Positions 17,766-28,149 of a DNA stretch of 64,000 bases are shown one piece after another. How positions within the stretch are numbered: position 1 is the stretch's first letter; each line of letters starts with the position of its first letter. The position numbers and the translations under genes were made by a program. Location of the stretch: positions 6,674 to 70,673 of the forward strand of contig JAEDDA010000002.1 of NCBI GenBank assembly GCA_016298185.1, read 5' to 3'. The stretch is from Bacilli bacterium. Lineage in GTDB: Bacteria > Bacillota_I > Bacilli_A > RFN20 > CAG-826. A model generated the notes under the pieces. The model was not told the DNA's origin, searched no databases, and worked only from the letters and a program-made list of their open reading frames with translations.

Positions 17766-19747
17766 AAAAATCATTCTTCATTATCCCTATGTTAGCATTA
17801 GGAATGCTCACTGGATGTAACAGAGGTTATGTCGAACCAGACATGACTAGAGATGATAGCAAAGTCGCTTCTGAATCCTTATTTGTGAAGAAAGTCGAAA
17901 ACATTCCAGAGGGCTTTATTATGGGTGTTGATGCTTCAAGCATCATTGCCGAAGAACAAAGCGGTGTCAAATACTATAATTTTGAAGGTGAAGAAGAGGA
18001 TGGTTTAAAAATCCTTTCTGATAATGGTGTTAACTATATCCGTGTCCGTATTTGGAATGACCCATATGACGCAAACGGAAAAGGTTATGGTGGTGGTAAC
18101 AACGATTTAGCGAAAGCTATTGAAATTGGTAGACGCGCTGCTAAATACAAAATGAAATTATTAGTCGACTTCCATTATTCCGATTTCTGGGCTGATCCAG
18201 CGAAACAATACGCTCCAAAAGCTTGGGTAGATATGGAACTCGAAGATAAAAAACAAGCTTTATATGATTTTACTAAAGACTGCTTAAAACAACTACAAAA
18301 AGGTGGAGCAGTTGTTGGCATGGTACAAATTGGTAATGAAACCAATGGTGGCCATATGGCGGGTGAAACTAGATTCTCTTATTTTGCTGCATTATTCAAC
18401 GAAGGTTCAAAGGCGGTTAGAGAAGTTTGGCCAAAAGCTTATGTTGCTTGTCACTTTGCTAATCCAGAAAAAACCGCGAACTATTATGACTGGGCAGCGA
18501 AGATGAAACAATATGATGTCGATTACGATGTCTTTGGTTCTTCTTACTATCCATATTGGCATGGAACATTAGAGAATTTAGGAACAGTTTTAGATACTAT
18601 TGCGAAGCAATATGATAAGAAAGTTATGGTTATGGAAACATCCTATGCCTACACAACTGAAAACACCGATTTCTGGAATAACACAATCGGTGACAACGGT
18701 GATGTAGCTAAACCATATCCATATTCCATTGCTGGACAAGCAAACTCAGTTAGAGAAATTACTGATACAGTTGTTAACCATATGACCAACGGTATTGGTA
18801 TTTGCTATTGGGAAGGCACATGGATTTCTGTTGGCAATGAATCCTTAGAAGCTAACCAACTCAAATGGGAAAAATATGGTTCTGGTTGGGCCAGTAGTTA
18901 TGCTAAAGATTACGATCCAAAAGATGCTGGTGCATGGTATGGTGGATGTGCAGTAGAAAATCAAGCCTTCTTTGATGAACACGGCAAAGCCCTTGAATCG
19001 TTAAAAGTTTTTAACTTAATGAGATATGGTAACGACGCTCCTAAATACATAGATGGTATCGAAGATGTCCAAGTTAGTTACTATAACTACGAAGACTTCG
19101 CACTTCCTGAAACAGTCAATGTTATTTATAACGATAACAGTAGAAGCGCTATTGCAGTGACGTGGGATGATTTCGACATCGATGCCGCGAAAGCAGCCGG
19201 TAATGCTAAATACGTAATTAATGGTGTTGCTGGCGGACAAGCCGTTAAATGCTATCTTACCATCATGGAAGAAAACTTCGTCAAAAACTATAGTTTTGAA
19301 AATGGCATGGATCCATGGGTTTTGACTAATAATGGTGCGGCATTAAGTGATGTTCATAAAGCCCAAATTACTAAAGAAAATCCACAAACAGGTACATCAG
19401 CATTCCACTTCTGGTCACAAGAAGCTGATTGTGTCAATTTCGAAGTTGAACAAACAGTGACAGTTCCTGCGACAGGTACATATAAATTTCAAATCTCCGT
19501 TATGGGTGGTGCGGATACCGGTGCAGCTGATGCTTCAAAACAAGATATCTATGCTTATGTCAAAGTAAACGACACCGTTTATCAACAATCCGGTAAGATC
19601 ACTTCTTATGGCGCCTGGGCTGATATTAAAATCACTGGTATTAATTACACCATAGGTGATACAATAAAAGTTGGCATTCACGTCAATTGTTCCGAAGAAA
19701 AGGTTTGGGGCGATATCGATGACGCAATGCTCAATTTGGTTCTCTAA
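17762..19747 (+). CDS. surface lipoprotein endo-beta-1,4-galactanase (GH53) with C-terminal Ig-like and CBM-like domains
   Basis: 661 aa; lipobox MLTGC; VRIWNDP, DFHYSDFWADPAKQ, VQIGNETNGG, SSYYPYWHG, MVMETSY; tail LPETVNVIYNDNSRSAIAVTWD (Big_4-like) plus beta-sandwich. Confidence 0.9.
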   Translation: MKKSFFIIPMLALGMLTGCNRGYVEPDMTRDDSKVASESLFVKKVENIPEGFIMGVDASSIIAEEQSGVKYYNFEGEEEDGLKILSDNGVNYIRVRIWNDPYDANGKGYGGGNNDLAKAIEIGRRAAKYKMKLLVDFHYSDFWADPAKQYAPKAWVDMELEDKKQALYDFTKDCLKQLQKGGAVVGMVQIGNETNGGHMAGETRFSYFAALFNEGSKAVREVWPKAYVACHFANPEKTANYYDWAAKMKQYDVDYDVFGSSYYPYWHGTLENLGTVLDTIAKQYDKKVMVMETSYAYTTENTDFWNNTIGDNGDVAKPYPYSIAGQANSVREITDTVVNHMTNGIGICYWEGTWISVGNESLEANQLKWEKYGSGWASSYAKDYDPKDAGAWYGGCAVENQAFFDEHGKALESLKVFNLMRYGNDAPKYIDGIEDVQVSYYNYEDFALPETVNVIYNDNSRSAIAVTWDDFDIDAAKAAGNAKYVINGVAGGQAVKCYLTIMEENFVKNYSFENGMDPWVLTNNGAALSDVHKAQITKENPQTGTSAFHFWSQEADCVNFEVEQTVTVPATGTYKFQISVMGGADTGAADASKQDIYAYVKVNDTVYQQSGKITSYGAWADIKITGINYTIGDTIKVGIHVNCSEEKVWGDIDDAMLNLVL

Positions 19748-19749
19748 TT

Positions 19750-21342
19750 ATGAAAAAAACAGCTTTTAATCTCATTGCTATTTTAGCGGTTTCATCAACA
19801 TTAATTTGTGGTTGCACTCCAAAAGATAAAGGACCCGTCGATGACGATCCTATTCCTATGGAGTTTGAAAAGAATGATGACTACGTCTATGAAAACATTC
19901 CTAACGACAATAGATCCACTGGATACGAGATATTTGTCCGTTCCTATTACGATAGTGATGGTGATGGTGTTGGCGATTTAAATGGTGTTAAAGCAAAAAT
20001 TCCATATCTCGCAGATTTAGGCATAAAAACCGTTTGGTTAATGCCGATTTTCCCGTCCTCAACATATCATGGATATGATGTCACTAATTACTACGAAGTT
20101 AATAGCCAATACGGCACATTAGATGACTTTGATGCTTTAGTCGCAGAAGCTAATAAATATAACATGGACATCATGCTTGATATGGTGTTTAACCATTGTT
20201 CAAAGCGACATCAATGGTTCAAAGACGCCAAACAAGATTTTGATAACAACAATACAAGTCCTGATTCCAAAAAAGATTGGTTCAATTTTAACTCTGACGG
20301 ATCTTATGAATGTGGCTTTGGCAGTGATATGCCAGACTTCAATCTCGATTGCGAAGCGGTGAGAAATGAACTTGAAAAAATTACCGAATTCTGGATTAAT
20401 CACGGCTGCAAAGGTTTTAGATTAGATGCTGTTCTTTATTACTATCGTGATAATGTTTCTAAGAATGCTCAATTCTTAAACTGGTTAAGAGATACCGCAC
20501 ATAAATATGATCCAAACTTCTACTTTGTTGGTGAATGTTGGACCACAGACGCTTCATTAAATAGCTATTTCGCTTCTGAGTGTGATTCATTCTTTAGATT
20601 CTCAACCGCAATGGGTGGTGACTATTGCTTCGTTAACTACATGAAAGGTAGAGGTTCAGCAAAGACATTGCTCAATGTAATTGAGAAGAATGAAAAATAC
20701 GCCAAGAGCAGAAATCCAAATAGTTATTCCTCATATTTCTTAAGCAATCACGATCAAGATCGTGTTGGACATAATTTTGATGAAATGCAAAATAAATGTG
20801 CAGCTTCATTCTATATGCTACTTCCAGGCACTCCATATATGTACTATGGTGAAGAAATTGGCTTATTAGGTAAGAGAATTACTTCTCCTGACGACTACTC
20901 CGATGCCAGAAGAAGACTTCCAATGATTTGGTCAAAAGATAATAAGACTGGTCAATGTAAATTCCCAGAAGCAAATCGTCCAGATTTAAATCACAATGCC
21001 CAAGTCGAACTCGGTGCGGACGACCGTTTACAAGAAAAGTTCTCCGTATTAAAACACTATAAGAAAGTGCTCAATATTCGTAACAAATATAATGTCTTCA
21101 AACATGGTACATTTGAAAACTTATATTCCAGTCTTAATGTCACTGAAAATTACATTTATGCCTTTAAAGTTTCTCTTGGTGATGACTATGTCATCGTTGT
21201 TCATAATGCTGGTACGAATAACATCAAAGTGACAGCACCTGGAACAGAGATTATTGAGCAAATTAATACTTCTCATAGAATTCCAACATTAAATGGTGAA
21301 GAATTAACACTTGGTGCTTACTCCACAGTCTTGATGAAGTAA
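19750..21342 (+). CDS. alpha-amylase family (GH13) lipoprotein
   Basis: 530 aa; lipobox LICGC; GDLNGVKAKIPYLADLGIKTVWLMPIF, DMVFNHCS, GFRLDAV, VGECW, FLSNHDQDR. Confidence 0.85.
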   Translation: MKKTAFNLIAILAVSSTLICGCTPKDKGPVDDDPIPMEFEKNDDYVYENIPNDNRSTGYEIFVRSYYDSDGDGVGDLNGVKAKIPYLADLGIKTVWLMPIFPSSTYHGYDVTNYYEVNSQYGTLDDFDALVAEANKYNMDIMLDMVFNHCSKRHQWFKDAKQDFDNNNTSPDSKKDWFNFNSDGSYECGFGSDMPDFNLDCEAVRNELEKITEFWINHGCKGFRLDAVLYYYRDNVSKNAQFLNWLRDTAHKYDPNFYFVGECWTTDASLNSYFASECDSFFRFSTAMGGDYCFVNYMKGRGSAKTLLNVIEKNEKYAKSRNPNSYSSYFLSNHDQDRVGHNFDEMQNKCAASFYMLLPGTPYMYYGEEIGLLGKRITSPDDYSDARRRLPMIWSKDNKTGQCKFPEANRPDLNHNAQVELGADDRLQEKFSVLKHYKKVLNIRNKYNVFKHGTFENLYSSLNVTENYIYAFKVSLGDDYVIVVHNAGTNNIKVTAPGTEIIEQINTSHRIPTLNGEELTLGAYSTVLMK

Positions 21343-21361
21343 CTAATCATTTATCACAATT

Positions 21362-21387
21362 AAGCGGACTTGATTCCGCTTTTTTTA
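21362..21387 (+). terminator. rho-independent terminator
   Basis: AAGCGGA-cttgat-TCCGCTT hairpin followed by T7. Confidence 0.75.
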
Positions 21388-21460
21388 ACTAAACTATTCC
21401 TTGTGCATACACGTGTGCTAAAATGTAAATAGCAAATTTTTATTTGCTTGAGGTTTTCTT

Positions 21461-23335
21461 ATGGCTTATGGATTAACATATGACTTCTTAATGGGTCAAT
21501 GTATTGACGCTCACAACTATTTTGGCGCGCACTTTATAAAACAAAATGGTGTTGATGGAGTTATCTTTAGATTATACGCTCCATGCGCAAACGATGTTTC
21601 TGTCATCGGTGAATGGAACGGCTGGGATGTCGGTGCTAATAAAATGAACAAAATCGATGATTGCGGTATCTGGGAAGTGTTTGTTCCTGGACTTAGCAAT
21701 TATCAAACCTATAAATTCCATTTCTTGAATGCAAAAGGTAAATATGTCGATAAGATTGACCCATTTGCTTTCTTTGCGGAAGTAAGACCAGGAACATGCT
21801 CCAAGTTATTTGATAATACAAACTTTGTTTGGCATGATGATCCATGGATGAAAAGCAGAACCCGTAACTTTGATAGTGCCATGTCAATTTATGAAATGCA
21901 CTTAGGTTCTTGGTATGGCAAAGCCGAAGACGGCCATACATTAAGCTATGAAGAAATCGCTGATAAATTAATTCCATATATTAAAGGTATGGGCTATACC
22001 CATGTTGAATTTATGCCATTAATCCAACATCCATTTGATGGTTCTTGGGGATATCAAGGAACTGGATTCTTTGCCGTTGATAGCAAATACGGAAACCCAT
22101 TCCAATTAATGTCTTTAATCGATAGATTACATCAAGCTGGAATCGGTGCGATTATCGACTTCGCTCCTGTCCACTTCGCAAAAGATAAATGGGGACTTGC
22201 GGAATATGATGGCACAAAGATGTTTGAATACGGCAATAGATGGAGAGTCTCTCCTTGGGGTTCATATCAATTTGATTTAGGAAAAGATCCCGTTAGAAGC
22301 TTTTTAATGAGTGCGATCAATTACTTCGTCGACTATTTCCATTTCGATGGCGTACGCGTCGATGCGGTCAGCAATATCATTTATTACAATGGTGATTCCT
22401 CTATCGGAATCAACGAAGGCGCAGTGGAATTCATCAAAAGACTTAATGCAAAAATTCATATCGCTCATGACTCAGTGATGATGATTGCAGAAGATAGTAC
22501 CGCATTTGCAGGAACCACAAAACCAACCGAGCAAGGTGGTTTAGGATTTGACTACAAGTGGGATTTAGGTTGGATGAATGACACACTTAAATACTACTCG
22601 CTTGACCCAATCTTTAAGAAATATGACCACAATAAACTCACATTCTCGATGGCGTATTTTTACTCAGATAACTTTATGCTTCCTCTTTCTCATGACGAAG
22701 TTGTCCACGGAAAAGGAACAATTATTAATAAGATGTGGGGCGATTATGATCAAAAATTTGCCTTATTAAGAAACTTATATACATATCAATTCGGTCACCC
22801 AGGAAAGAAACTCAACTTCATGGGTAATGAATTAGGAACATTTGATGAATGGAACGAAAATCGTGGATTACAATGGAATTTGAAACAATTCCCAAAACAC
22901 GACTCTTTGAGTCGTATGATTCATGACTTAAATGAAATCTATAAGTATCATAAAGCCATGCATTATCAAGAACACAATCCAGAGAGATTCCATTGGTTAA
23001 TGGTGGATAATAAAGACCAATCTGTCTTCGCTTTTGAAAGAAAAGTTGATGATGATGTTTTGGTATTTGTTTACAACATGACCACAAATTATTATGATTA
23101 CATAAGTATTCCAGTCATTGAACAGGGTGAATATGAAGAAATATTCAACTCTGACAAAGACGTCTATAGTGGCTGGGGTCAATATAATGGTTTGCCTGTT
23201 AAGAGTGAACCAGGTAGTTTTGAAGGCTTACCAGCACACATTAGCATTAAGCTTGCTTGTTTAGGTGCTTGTATCTTCCGTTTAAAACCAGTGGAAAAGA
23301 AGAAAACCACGAGAAAAACTACTAAGAAAAAATAG
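21461..23335 (+). CDS. glgB: 1,4-alpha-glucan branching enzyme (GH13_9)
   Basis: 624 aa; DFAPVHF, GVRVDAVSN, MIAEDST, PLSHDEVVHGKG blocks; Lys-rich C-terminal tail. Confidence 0.9.
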   Translation: MAYGLTYDFLMGQCIDAHNYFGAHFIKQNGVDGVIFRLYAPCANDVSVIGEWNGWDVGANKMNKIDDCGIWEVFVPGLSNYQTYKFHFLNAKGKYVDKIDPFAFFAEVRPGTCSKLFDNTNFVWHDDPWMKSRTRNFDSAMSIYEMHLGSWYGKAEDGHTLSYEEIADKLIPYIKGMGYTHVEFMPLIQHPFDGSWGYQGTGFFAVDSKYGNPFQLMSLIDRLHQAGIGAIIDFAPVHFAKDKWGLAEYDGTKMFEYGNRWRVSPWGSYQFDLGKDPVRSFLMSAINYFVDYFHFDGVRVDAVSNIIYYNGDSSIGINEGAVEFIKRLNAKIHIAHDSVMMIAEDSTAFAGTTKPTEQGGLGFDYKWDLGWMNDTLKYYSLDPIFKKYDHNKLTFSMAYFYSDNFMLPLSHDEVVHGKGTIINKMWGDYDQKFALLRNLYTYQFGHPGKKLNFMGNELGTFDEWNENRGLQWNLKQFPKHDSLSRMIHDLNEIYKYHKAMHYQEHNPERFHWLMVDNKDQSVFAFERKVDDDVLVFVYNMTTNYYDYISIPVIEQGEYEEIFNSDKDVYSGWGQYNGLPVKSEPGSFEGLPAHISIKLACLGACIFRLKPVEKKKTTRKTTKKK

Positions 23336-23357
23336 ATATTAAGGGAGTTTATTATAT

Positions 23358-25763
23358 ATGTTTGAAAACAAAGCCGCTTTCAAGAAAGCCTTTACCGAGC
23401 GCATGCTCGAGCGTTATGGCGTGTCCGTAAATGATAGCCACATTTCCGAAAGATACGCAATTTTAGGTGAAATGGTCCGCGACTACGCAAACGTCGACTG
23501 GGGCCACACTAGAAGCAAATCCATTAAAAGAGACCAAAAGACATTAATTTATTTCTCTATGGAATTCTTAATTGGCCGTCTTTTAATTAACAACATGCAA
23601 AACATGGGTATCTACGAAGTAGCCAAAGAAGGCTTAAAAGATATGGGTATGAATATCCATGAACTCGAAGAACAAGAAACCGATGCCGGTTTAGGTAACG
23701 GTGGTTTAGGCCGTTTAGCTGCCTGCTTCTTAGATTCCATCGCCTCTTTAGGTTATTTAGGTCATGGTAACTGCATCCGTTATCAATATGGTTTCTTCCG
23801 TCAAAGAATTATTGATGGAAAACAAAAGGAATTCCCAGATCAATGGTTAACCAATGGTAACGTTTGGGAAATTAGAAGACCAAAATATGAAGTTGAAGTT
23901 TCTTTCTATGGAAACCCAGAAACTTATTTAAAACCAGATGGATCATATGCGATTAGAACTGCTAATGCAGTTGTCGTCCGTGCGGTTCCATATGATATTC
24001 CAGTTGTTGGTTATAGAAATCACGTCACAAACTCTTTAAGACTTTGGAACGCTGAACCAACCACACACCATTTGCCAAAAGATGTTTCTTTCGAAGACTA
24101 CTTAAGAACATTAGAAGAATTATGCCACGGCTTATATCCAGATGATTCCACAGAACATGGTCGTATTTTACGCTTAAGACAACAATACTTCCTCGTTAGT
24201 AGTGGTATTCAATGTACTTTAAAGAGTTATTTCAAACATCATGGTACATTAAAAGGAATCCATGAACACTATGTGTTCCAACTTAACGATACTCACCCAA
24301 TCTTAGCTATTCCGGAAATGATGAGAGTCATGATGGATGAATACGGTATGGGATGGGACGAATCTTGGGAAGAAGTCAGACAATGTATGGCTTATACAAA
24401 CCACACTGTTATGGCGGAAGCCTTAGAAAAATGGCCAGTTAACTATGTCCAAAACTTAATCCCACGTTGTTTCATGATCATTGAAGAAATCAATCGTCGT
24501 TTCAATATCGAAATGAACGCTATGGGTGTCAGTGATGGTGAAAGATATGCGATGAACATCATCAAAGATGGTCAAATCCATATGACAAACTTAGCGATTT
24601 ATACATCATTCTCCGTGAATGGTGTTGCCGCTTTACATACTGAAATCTTGAAGGCTAGTACTTTTAAAGAATTCTATAAATTCATGCCTGAAAAGTTCAA
24701 CAACAAGACAAACGGTGTTACTCATCGTAGATGGTTAATGAATTCCAACCCAGAACTCGCAAAATTAATCACCTCTAAAATTGGTGAATCTTGGTACACC
24801 AATATGGAAAAGATTAAGGGTTTTGAAAAATACGCTGATAACAAGGAAGTTTTAAAAGAACTTGGTAAGATTAAACTCAACAATAAGAAAGCATTAGCGA
24901 AATACGTCAAAGAAAACTTTGATATCGACCTCGATGTGAATTCCATCTTTGATGTTCAAATTAAGCGTCTACACGCCTATAAACGTCAATTGCTCAATAT
25001 TTTCCACATTATGTATCTCTATCAGAGAATGAAATCTGATCCAAGTTTCAGAATTTATCCTCACACATACATCTTTGGCGCGAAAGCCGCACCTAGCTAT
25101 GTGTACGCGAAAAAGATTATCGAATTAATCCTCGCTGTTGCTAATGTTGTTAATAATGATGAAGAAATCAGCAAATACCTTAAGGTAGTCTTCATTGAAA
25201 ACTATGGTGTCTCCTTAGCCGAACTCATTATTCCTGCCGCAGATGTTTCTGAACAAATCTCTACCGCCGGTAAAGAAGCAAGTGGTACTTCTAACATGAA
25301 ACTCATGATGAATGGTGCTGTCACTTTAGGAACAATGGATGGTGCGAATATTGAAATCGCTGAATCCGCAGGTGAAGAAAACGAAGTTATTTTCGGTTTA
25401 AGAAATGAAGATGTTGAAGAACTCAATAGAAATGGTTCTTATAATCCATGGGATATTTATAATTCTGATTACAGAGTGAAGAATGTCTTGGATTCTTTAT
25501 TCTCTGGTGAATGGACAAATTATCGTCCAGATAAATTCAGAATGATTTTTGATGAAATCATGAACAATCATGATAATTACTTCATCCTCAAAGACTTTGA
25601 CGCTTATGTTAGAGCACAAGAAAAAGTCGCTGAATTATATCAAAACAAACTTGCCTGGCAACGTATGTGCTTAATGAATATTGCTAATAGTGGTAAGTTC
25701 ACAAGCGATAGGACCATCAAACAATACGCTGAAGAAATTTGGAACCTAGAAAAGGTTAAATAA
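23358..25763 (+). CDS. glgP: alpha-glucan (glycogen/maltodextrin) phosphorylase (GT35)
   Basis: 801 aa; NGGLGRLAAC and the PLP-lysine block EASGTSNMKLMMNGA. Confidence 0.92.
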   Translation: MFENKAAFKKAFTERMLERYGVSVNDSHISERYAILGEMVRDYANVDWGHTRSKSIKRDQKTLIYFSMEFLIGRLLINNMQNMGIYEVAKEGLKDMGMNIHELEEQETDAGLGNGGLGRLAACFLDSIASLGYLGHGNCIRYQYGFFRQRIIDGKQKEFPDQWLTNGNVWEIRRPKYEVEVSFYGNPETYLKPDGSYAIRTANAVVVRAVPYDIPVVGYRNHVTNSLRLWNAEPTTHHLPKDVSFEDYLRTLEELCHGLYPDDSTEHGRILRLRQQYFLVSSGIQCTLKSYFKHHGTLKGIHEHYVFQLNDTHPILAIPEMMRVMMDEYGMGWDESWEEVRQCMAYTNHTVMAEALEKWPVNYVQNLIPRCFMIIEEINRRFNIEMNAMGVSDGERYAMNIIKDGQIHMTNLAIYTSFSVNGVAALHTEILKASTFKEFYKFMPEKFNNKTNGVTHRRWLMNSNPELAKLITSKIGESWYTNMEKIKGFEKYADNKEVLKELGKIKLNNKKALAKYVKENFDIDLDVNSIFDVQIKRLHAYKRQLLNIFHIMYLYQRMKSDPSFRIYPHTYIFGAKAAPSYVYAKKIIELILAVANVVNNDEEISKYLKVVFIENYGVSLAELIIPAADVSEQISTAGKEASGTSNMKLMMNGAVTLGTMDGANIEIAESAGEENEVIFGLRNEDVEELNRNGSYNPWDIYNSDYRVKNVLDSLFSGEWTNYRPDKFRMIFDEIMNNHDNYFILKDFDAYVRAQEKVAELYQNKLAWQRMCLMNIANSGKFTSDRTIKQYAEEIWNLEKVK

Positions 25764-25764
25764 T

Positions 25765-26259
25765 ATGGCGAAAATCATCCTTGATGAATTATTCAAAGCG
25801 CAAGCTGAACTCGATGCCACAATCGCCAAAAATCACGGCATCAGTTACGAGACCACAAGACATAGACGCTTAATGGCGTGTATCGTTGAAATCGGTGAAC
25901 TTGCTAACGCCACAAGATGTTTCAAATACTGGTCCAACAAAGGCCCGGAAGCAGAAGAAATCATCCTTGATGAATATGCGGATGGATTACATTTCTTCCT
26001 ATCTCTCGGCGTGGATATTAAAACTTCTAAAAGAAGTTATAACATCACCAAACATGAAGATAATCTAACCGATCAATTCTTGGAAGTTTATCATCGCTTA
26101 GATGTCTTTAGGAAAAAACAAGATGATGCAAGTTTCATTAAAGCTTTTCAAGCTTTCCTGAATCTTCTTCCATTACTCGGTTATCGTTGGAAAAAACTAG
26201 AAAAAGCATATTATAAAAAACTTGGCGTTAATTACAACCGCCAAGAAACAAACTATTGA
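25765..26259 (+). CDS. all-alpha dimeric dUTPase-like NTP pyrophosphohydrolase (dUTPase_2-like)
   Basis: 164 aa; starts 2 nt after glgP stop; EIGELANATRCFKYW and EYADGLHFFLSLG blocks resemble dimeric dUTPases. Confidence 0.55.
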   Translation: MAKIILDELFKAQAELDATIAKNHGISYETTRHRRLMACIVEIGELANATRCFKYWSNKGPEAEEIILDEYADGLHFFLSLGVDIKTSKRSYNITKHEDNLTDQFLEVYHRLDVFRKKQDDASFIKAFQAFLNLLPLLGYRWKKLEKAYYKKLGVNYNRQETNY

Positions 26260-26274
26260 TAAATTTGTATTAGT

Positions 26275-26706
26275 TTAAAGTAGGGTATCAATTTCCTCTT
26301 CTGAGAGGACGGTGATACCTTTTCTTTTTAATAATTCTGCTGTAACTCCCATGCCGTTAACGAGCTTGCCTGAGAATGTACCATCATAAACTTTGTGTGT
26401 ACCACATGATGGGGAGTTTTCTTTTAAAATAGCAATCTTGATTCCTAAGTATAAGCAAATATTTAATGCAAGTTCCGCACCGGCTTCGAAGTTTTTTGTA
26501 ACATCTTTACCATCGCTCATCTTCACGCGATCTTTAACTCTTTCGCTTGGCTTTCTTGGGGATTTTAATCCGCCTTCCATTTCAGGACAAAATGGAACAA
26601 GCTCGTATTTCTCTAATAATTGAGGAATTTTATCACTGAGATTGTTTTTACCATTGTACTTGGTGTTATCACCAACTAAACATGCTGAGATAAGAATCTT
26701 TTCCAT
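26275..26706 (-). CDS. DUF523 family protein (TudS-like thiouracil desulfurase family)
   Basis: 143 aa; ILISACLVG..KYNG, FCPEMEGGL..PR, LKENSPSCG Cys motifs typical of DUF523. Confidence 0.7.
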   Translation of the reverse strand: MEKILISACLVGDNTKYNGKNNLSDKIPQLLEKYELVPFCPEMEGGLKSPRKPSERVKDRVKMSDGKDVTKNFEAGAELALNICLYLGIKIAILKENSPSCGTHKVYDGTFSGKLVNGMGVTAELLKRKGITVLSEEEIDTLL

Positions 26707-26760
26707 AAACCGTAAATATTCTATATTTCGGGCGCTTGTTAATCAAGTTATAATATTTCT

Positions 26761-27408
26761 ATGTCCGTAAAAGAATTCACTTATATACATAAGGGTAAGG
26801 AATATTGTCTTGTTGTCACTCGTAAACATATGAAGAGTGTCCGCTACACATATAAAGATGGTGTTTTTAAAGTCAGCGCGCCTATCTTTTTTGTTACACA
26901 AAAACAGATTGAAGAAGGATTAGATAAATACGCAGATAAATTGCTCGCTTTAGATGTGAGAACTAAAGCCTCTGATGATAGCTATATTTATATTCTTGGA
27001 AAGCAAGTTCCTCTCCAAGAAAGTGGTGAAATAAAATTTAACGATGAAACCTCTATCGTTTATAAAAATCGTGAGGACTTAAACAAGAAACTATTGAAAT
27101 GGTTTCTAGTTCTTATTGAAAAAAGACATCGTTATTACGAAAATATTATGGGTATCAAAAAGCCATATAAGGTTCGCGTTAGAAAAGTGAGAACTAGATA
27201 TGGATCTAATTCATACCAAACTCATTCGATAACTTATTCATCAATTTTGATGCATTACACAGTGGATGTAATTGACTCCGTTATCGTTCACGAATTAGCG
27301 CATGAATTTGTGAGAGATCATTCAAATAAATTCTATAGTGTAGTGTATAAATATTGTCCAAATTATAAAGCGCTTCACAAGAGACTTAGGAAAGGAGAAT
27401 TCGCATGA
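26761..27408 (+). CDS. YgjP-like DUF45 metallopeptidase
   Basis: 215 aa; VRTRYGSNS...VIVHELAHEFVRDHSNKFY (HExxH plus the downstream H..F signature). Confidence 0.75.
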   Translation: MSVKEFTYIHKGKEYCLVVTRKHMKSVRYTYKDGVFKVSAPIFFVTQKQIEEGLDKYADKLLALDVRTKASDDSYIYILGKQVPLQESGEIKFNDETSIVYKNREDLNKKLLKWFLVLIEKRHRYYENIMGIKKPYKVRVRKVRTRYGSNSYQTHSITYSSILMHYTVDVIDSVIVHELAHEFVRDHSNKFYSVVYKYCPNYKALHKRLRKGEFA

Positions 27409-28124
27409 TTAAAGAGATTACTAGTAAAGATAATAACAAGCTCAAACATGCTGCTTCATTAAAAGAGGCTAAATACCGCAAAGAGTATAACGAGTTCCTT
27501 TCTGAAGGTAAGAAATCTTTAGATATGGCTTTACAAGCGGGCAATGTAAAAGAGATCTTTACTGTTAAACCAATCAAAAATATTCCTGATGATATTACTC
27601 AATATTTAGTGAAAGAAGAACTCCTTAAAAAAGTGAGTTCAGTTAAAAATCCAGAAGGAATTGTTTTTGTTTGTAACATCGTAAATAGAAAACCAAAGAA
27701 ATTAAACAAAGTAGTGTATCTCGACCATATCAATGACCCAGGTAATATGGGCACGATTATGAGAACTGCATTAGCCTTTGATTATGATGCGATTATCGTT
27801 AGTGAAGGAAGTTGTGATGTTTATAACGACAAGGCTGTCGCGGCGAGCAAAGGTGCGATATTCTCATTACCAGTTTTATTTGGTGATATTAATGAATTTA
27901 GAGAAGGAAGACAAGTCATTGTCTCTGCATTAAATGAGAAAGCAGTGGACATTAATGATCTCGAAAAACCAAAATCTTTCATTCTCGTTGTGGGTAATGA
28001 AGCCAATGGTGTGACAAAGGAAATCCTTGATTCCGCAGATATTGCGACAAAGATAGAAATTAAAAATATAGATTCATTGAACGTGGCAATTGCTACAGGA
28101 ATTTTAATGGATCATCTAAGATAG
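27405..28124 (+). CDS. TrmH/SpoU family RNA 2'-O-methyltransferase
   Basis: 239 aa; DPGNMGTIMRTA, LVVGNEANGV, LNVAIATGILM SpoU motifs; ATGA overlap with upstream gene. Confidence 0.85.
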   Translation: MIKEITSKDNNKLKHAASLKEAKYRKEYNEFLSEGKKSLDMALQAGNVKEIFTVKPIKNIPDDITQYLVKEELLKKVSSVKNPEGIVFVCNIVNRKPKKLNKVVYLDHINDPGNMGTIMRTALAFDYDAIIVSEGSCDVYNDKAVAASKGAIFSLPVLFGDINEFREGRQVIVSALNEKAVDINDLEKPKSFILVVGNEANGVTKEILDSADIATKIEIKNIDSLNVAIATGILMDHLR

Positions 28125-28149
28125 CTTGAGTGACTCTCAAGCTTTTTAA
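28123..28149 (+). terminator. rho-independent terminator
   Basis: AGCTTGAG-tgact-CTCAAGCT perfect stem then TTTTT. Confidence 0.7.

Noticed and set aside
21395-21425. cre/CcpA-like site or operator at TGTGCATACACGTGTGCTAAAAT upstream of glgB
   Set aside because: It contains the 8-bp palindrome ACACGTGT but does not fit the cre consensus (no TGnAAnCG...CA frame). It more likely just overlaps an extended -10 (TGTGCTAAAAT).
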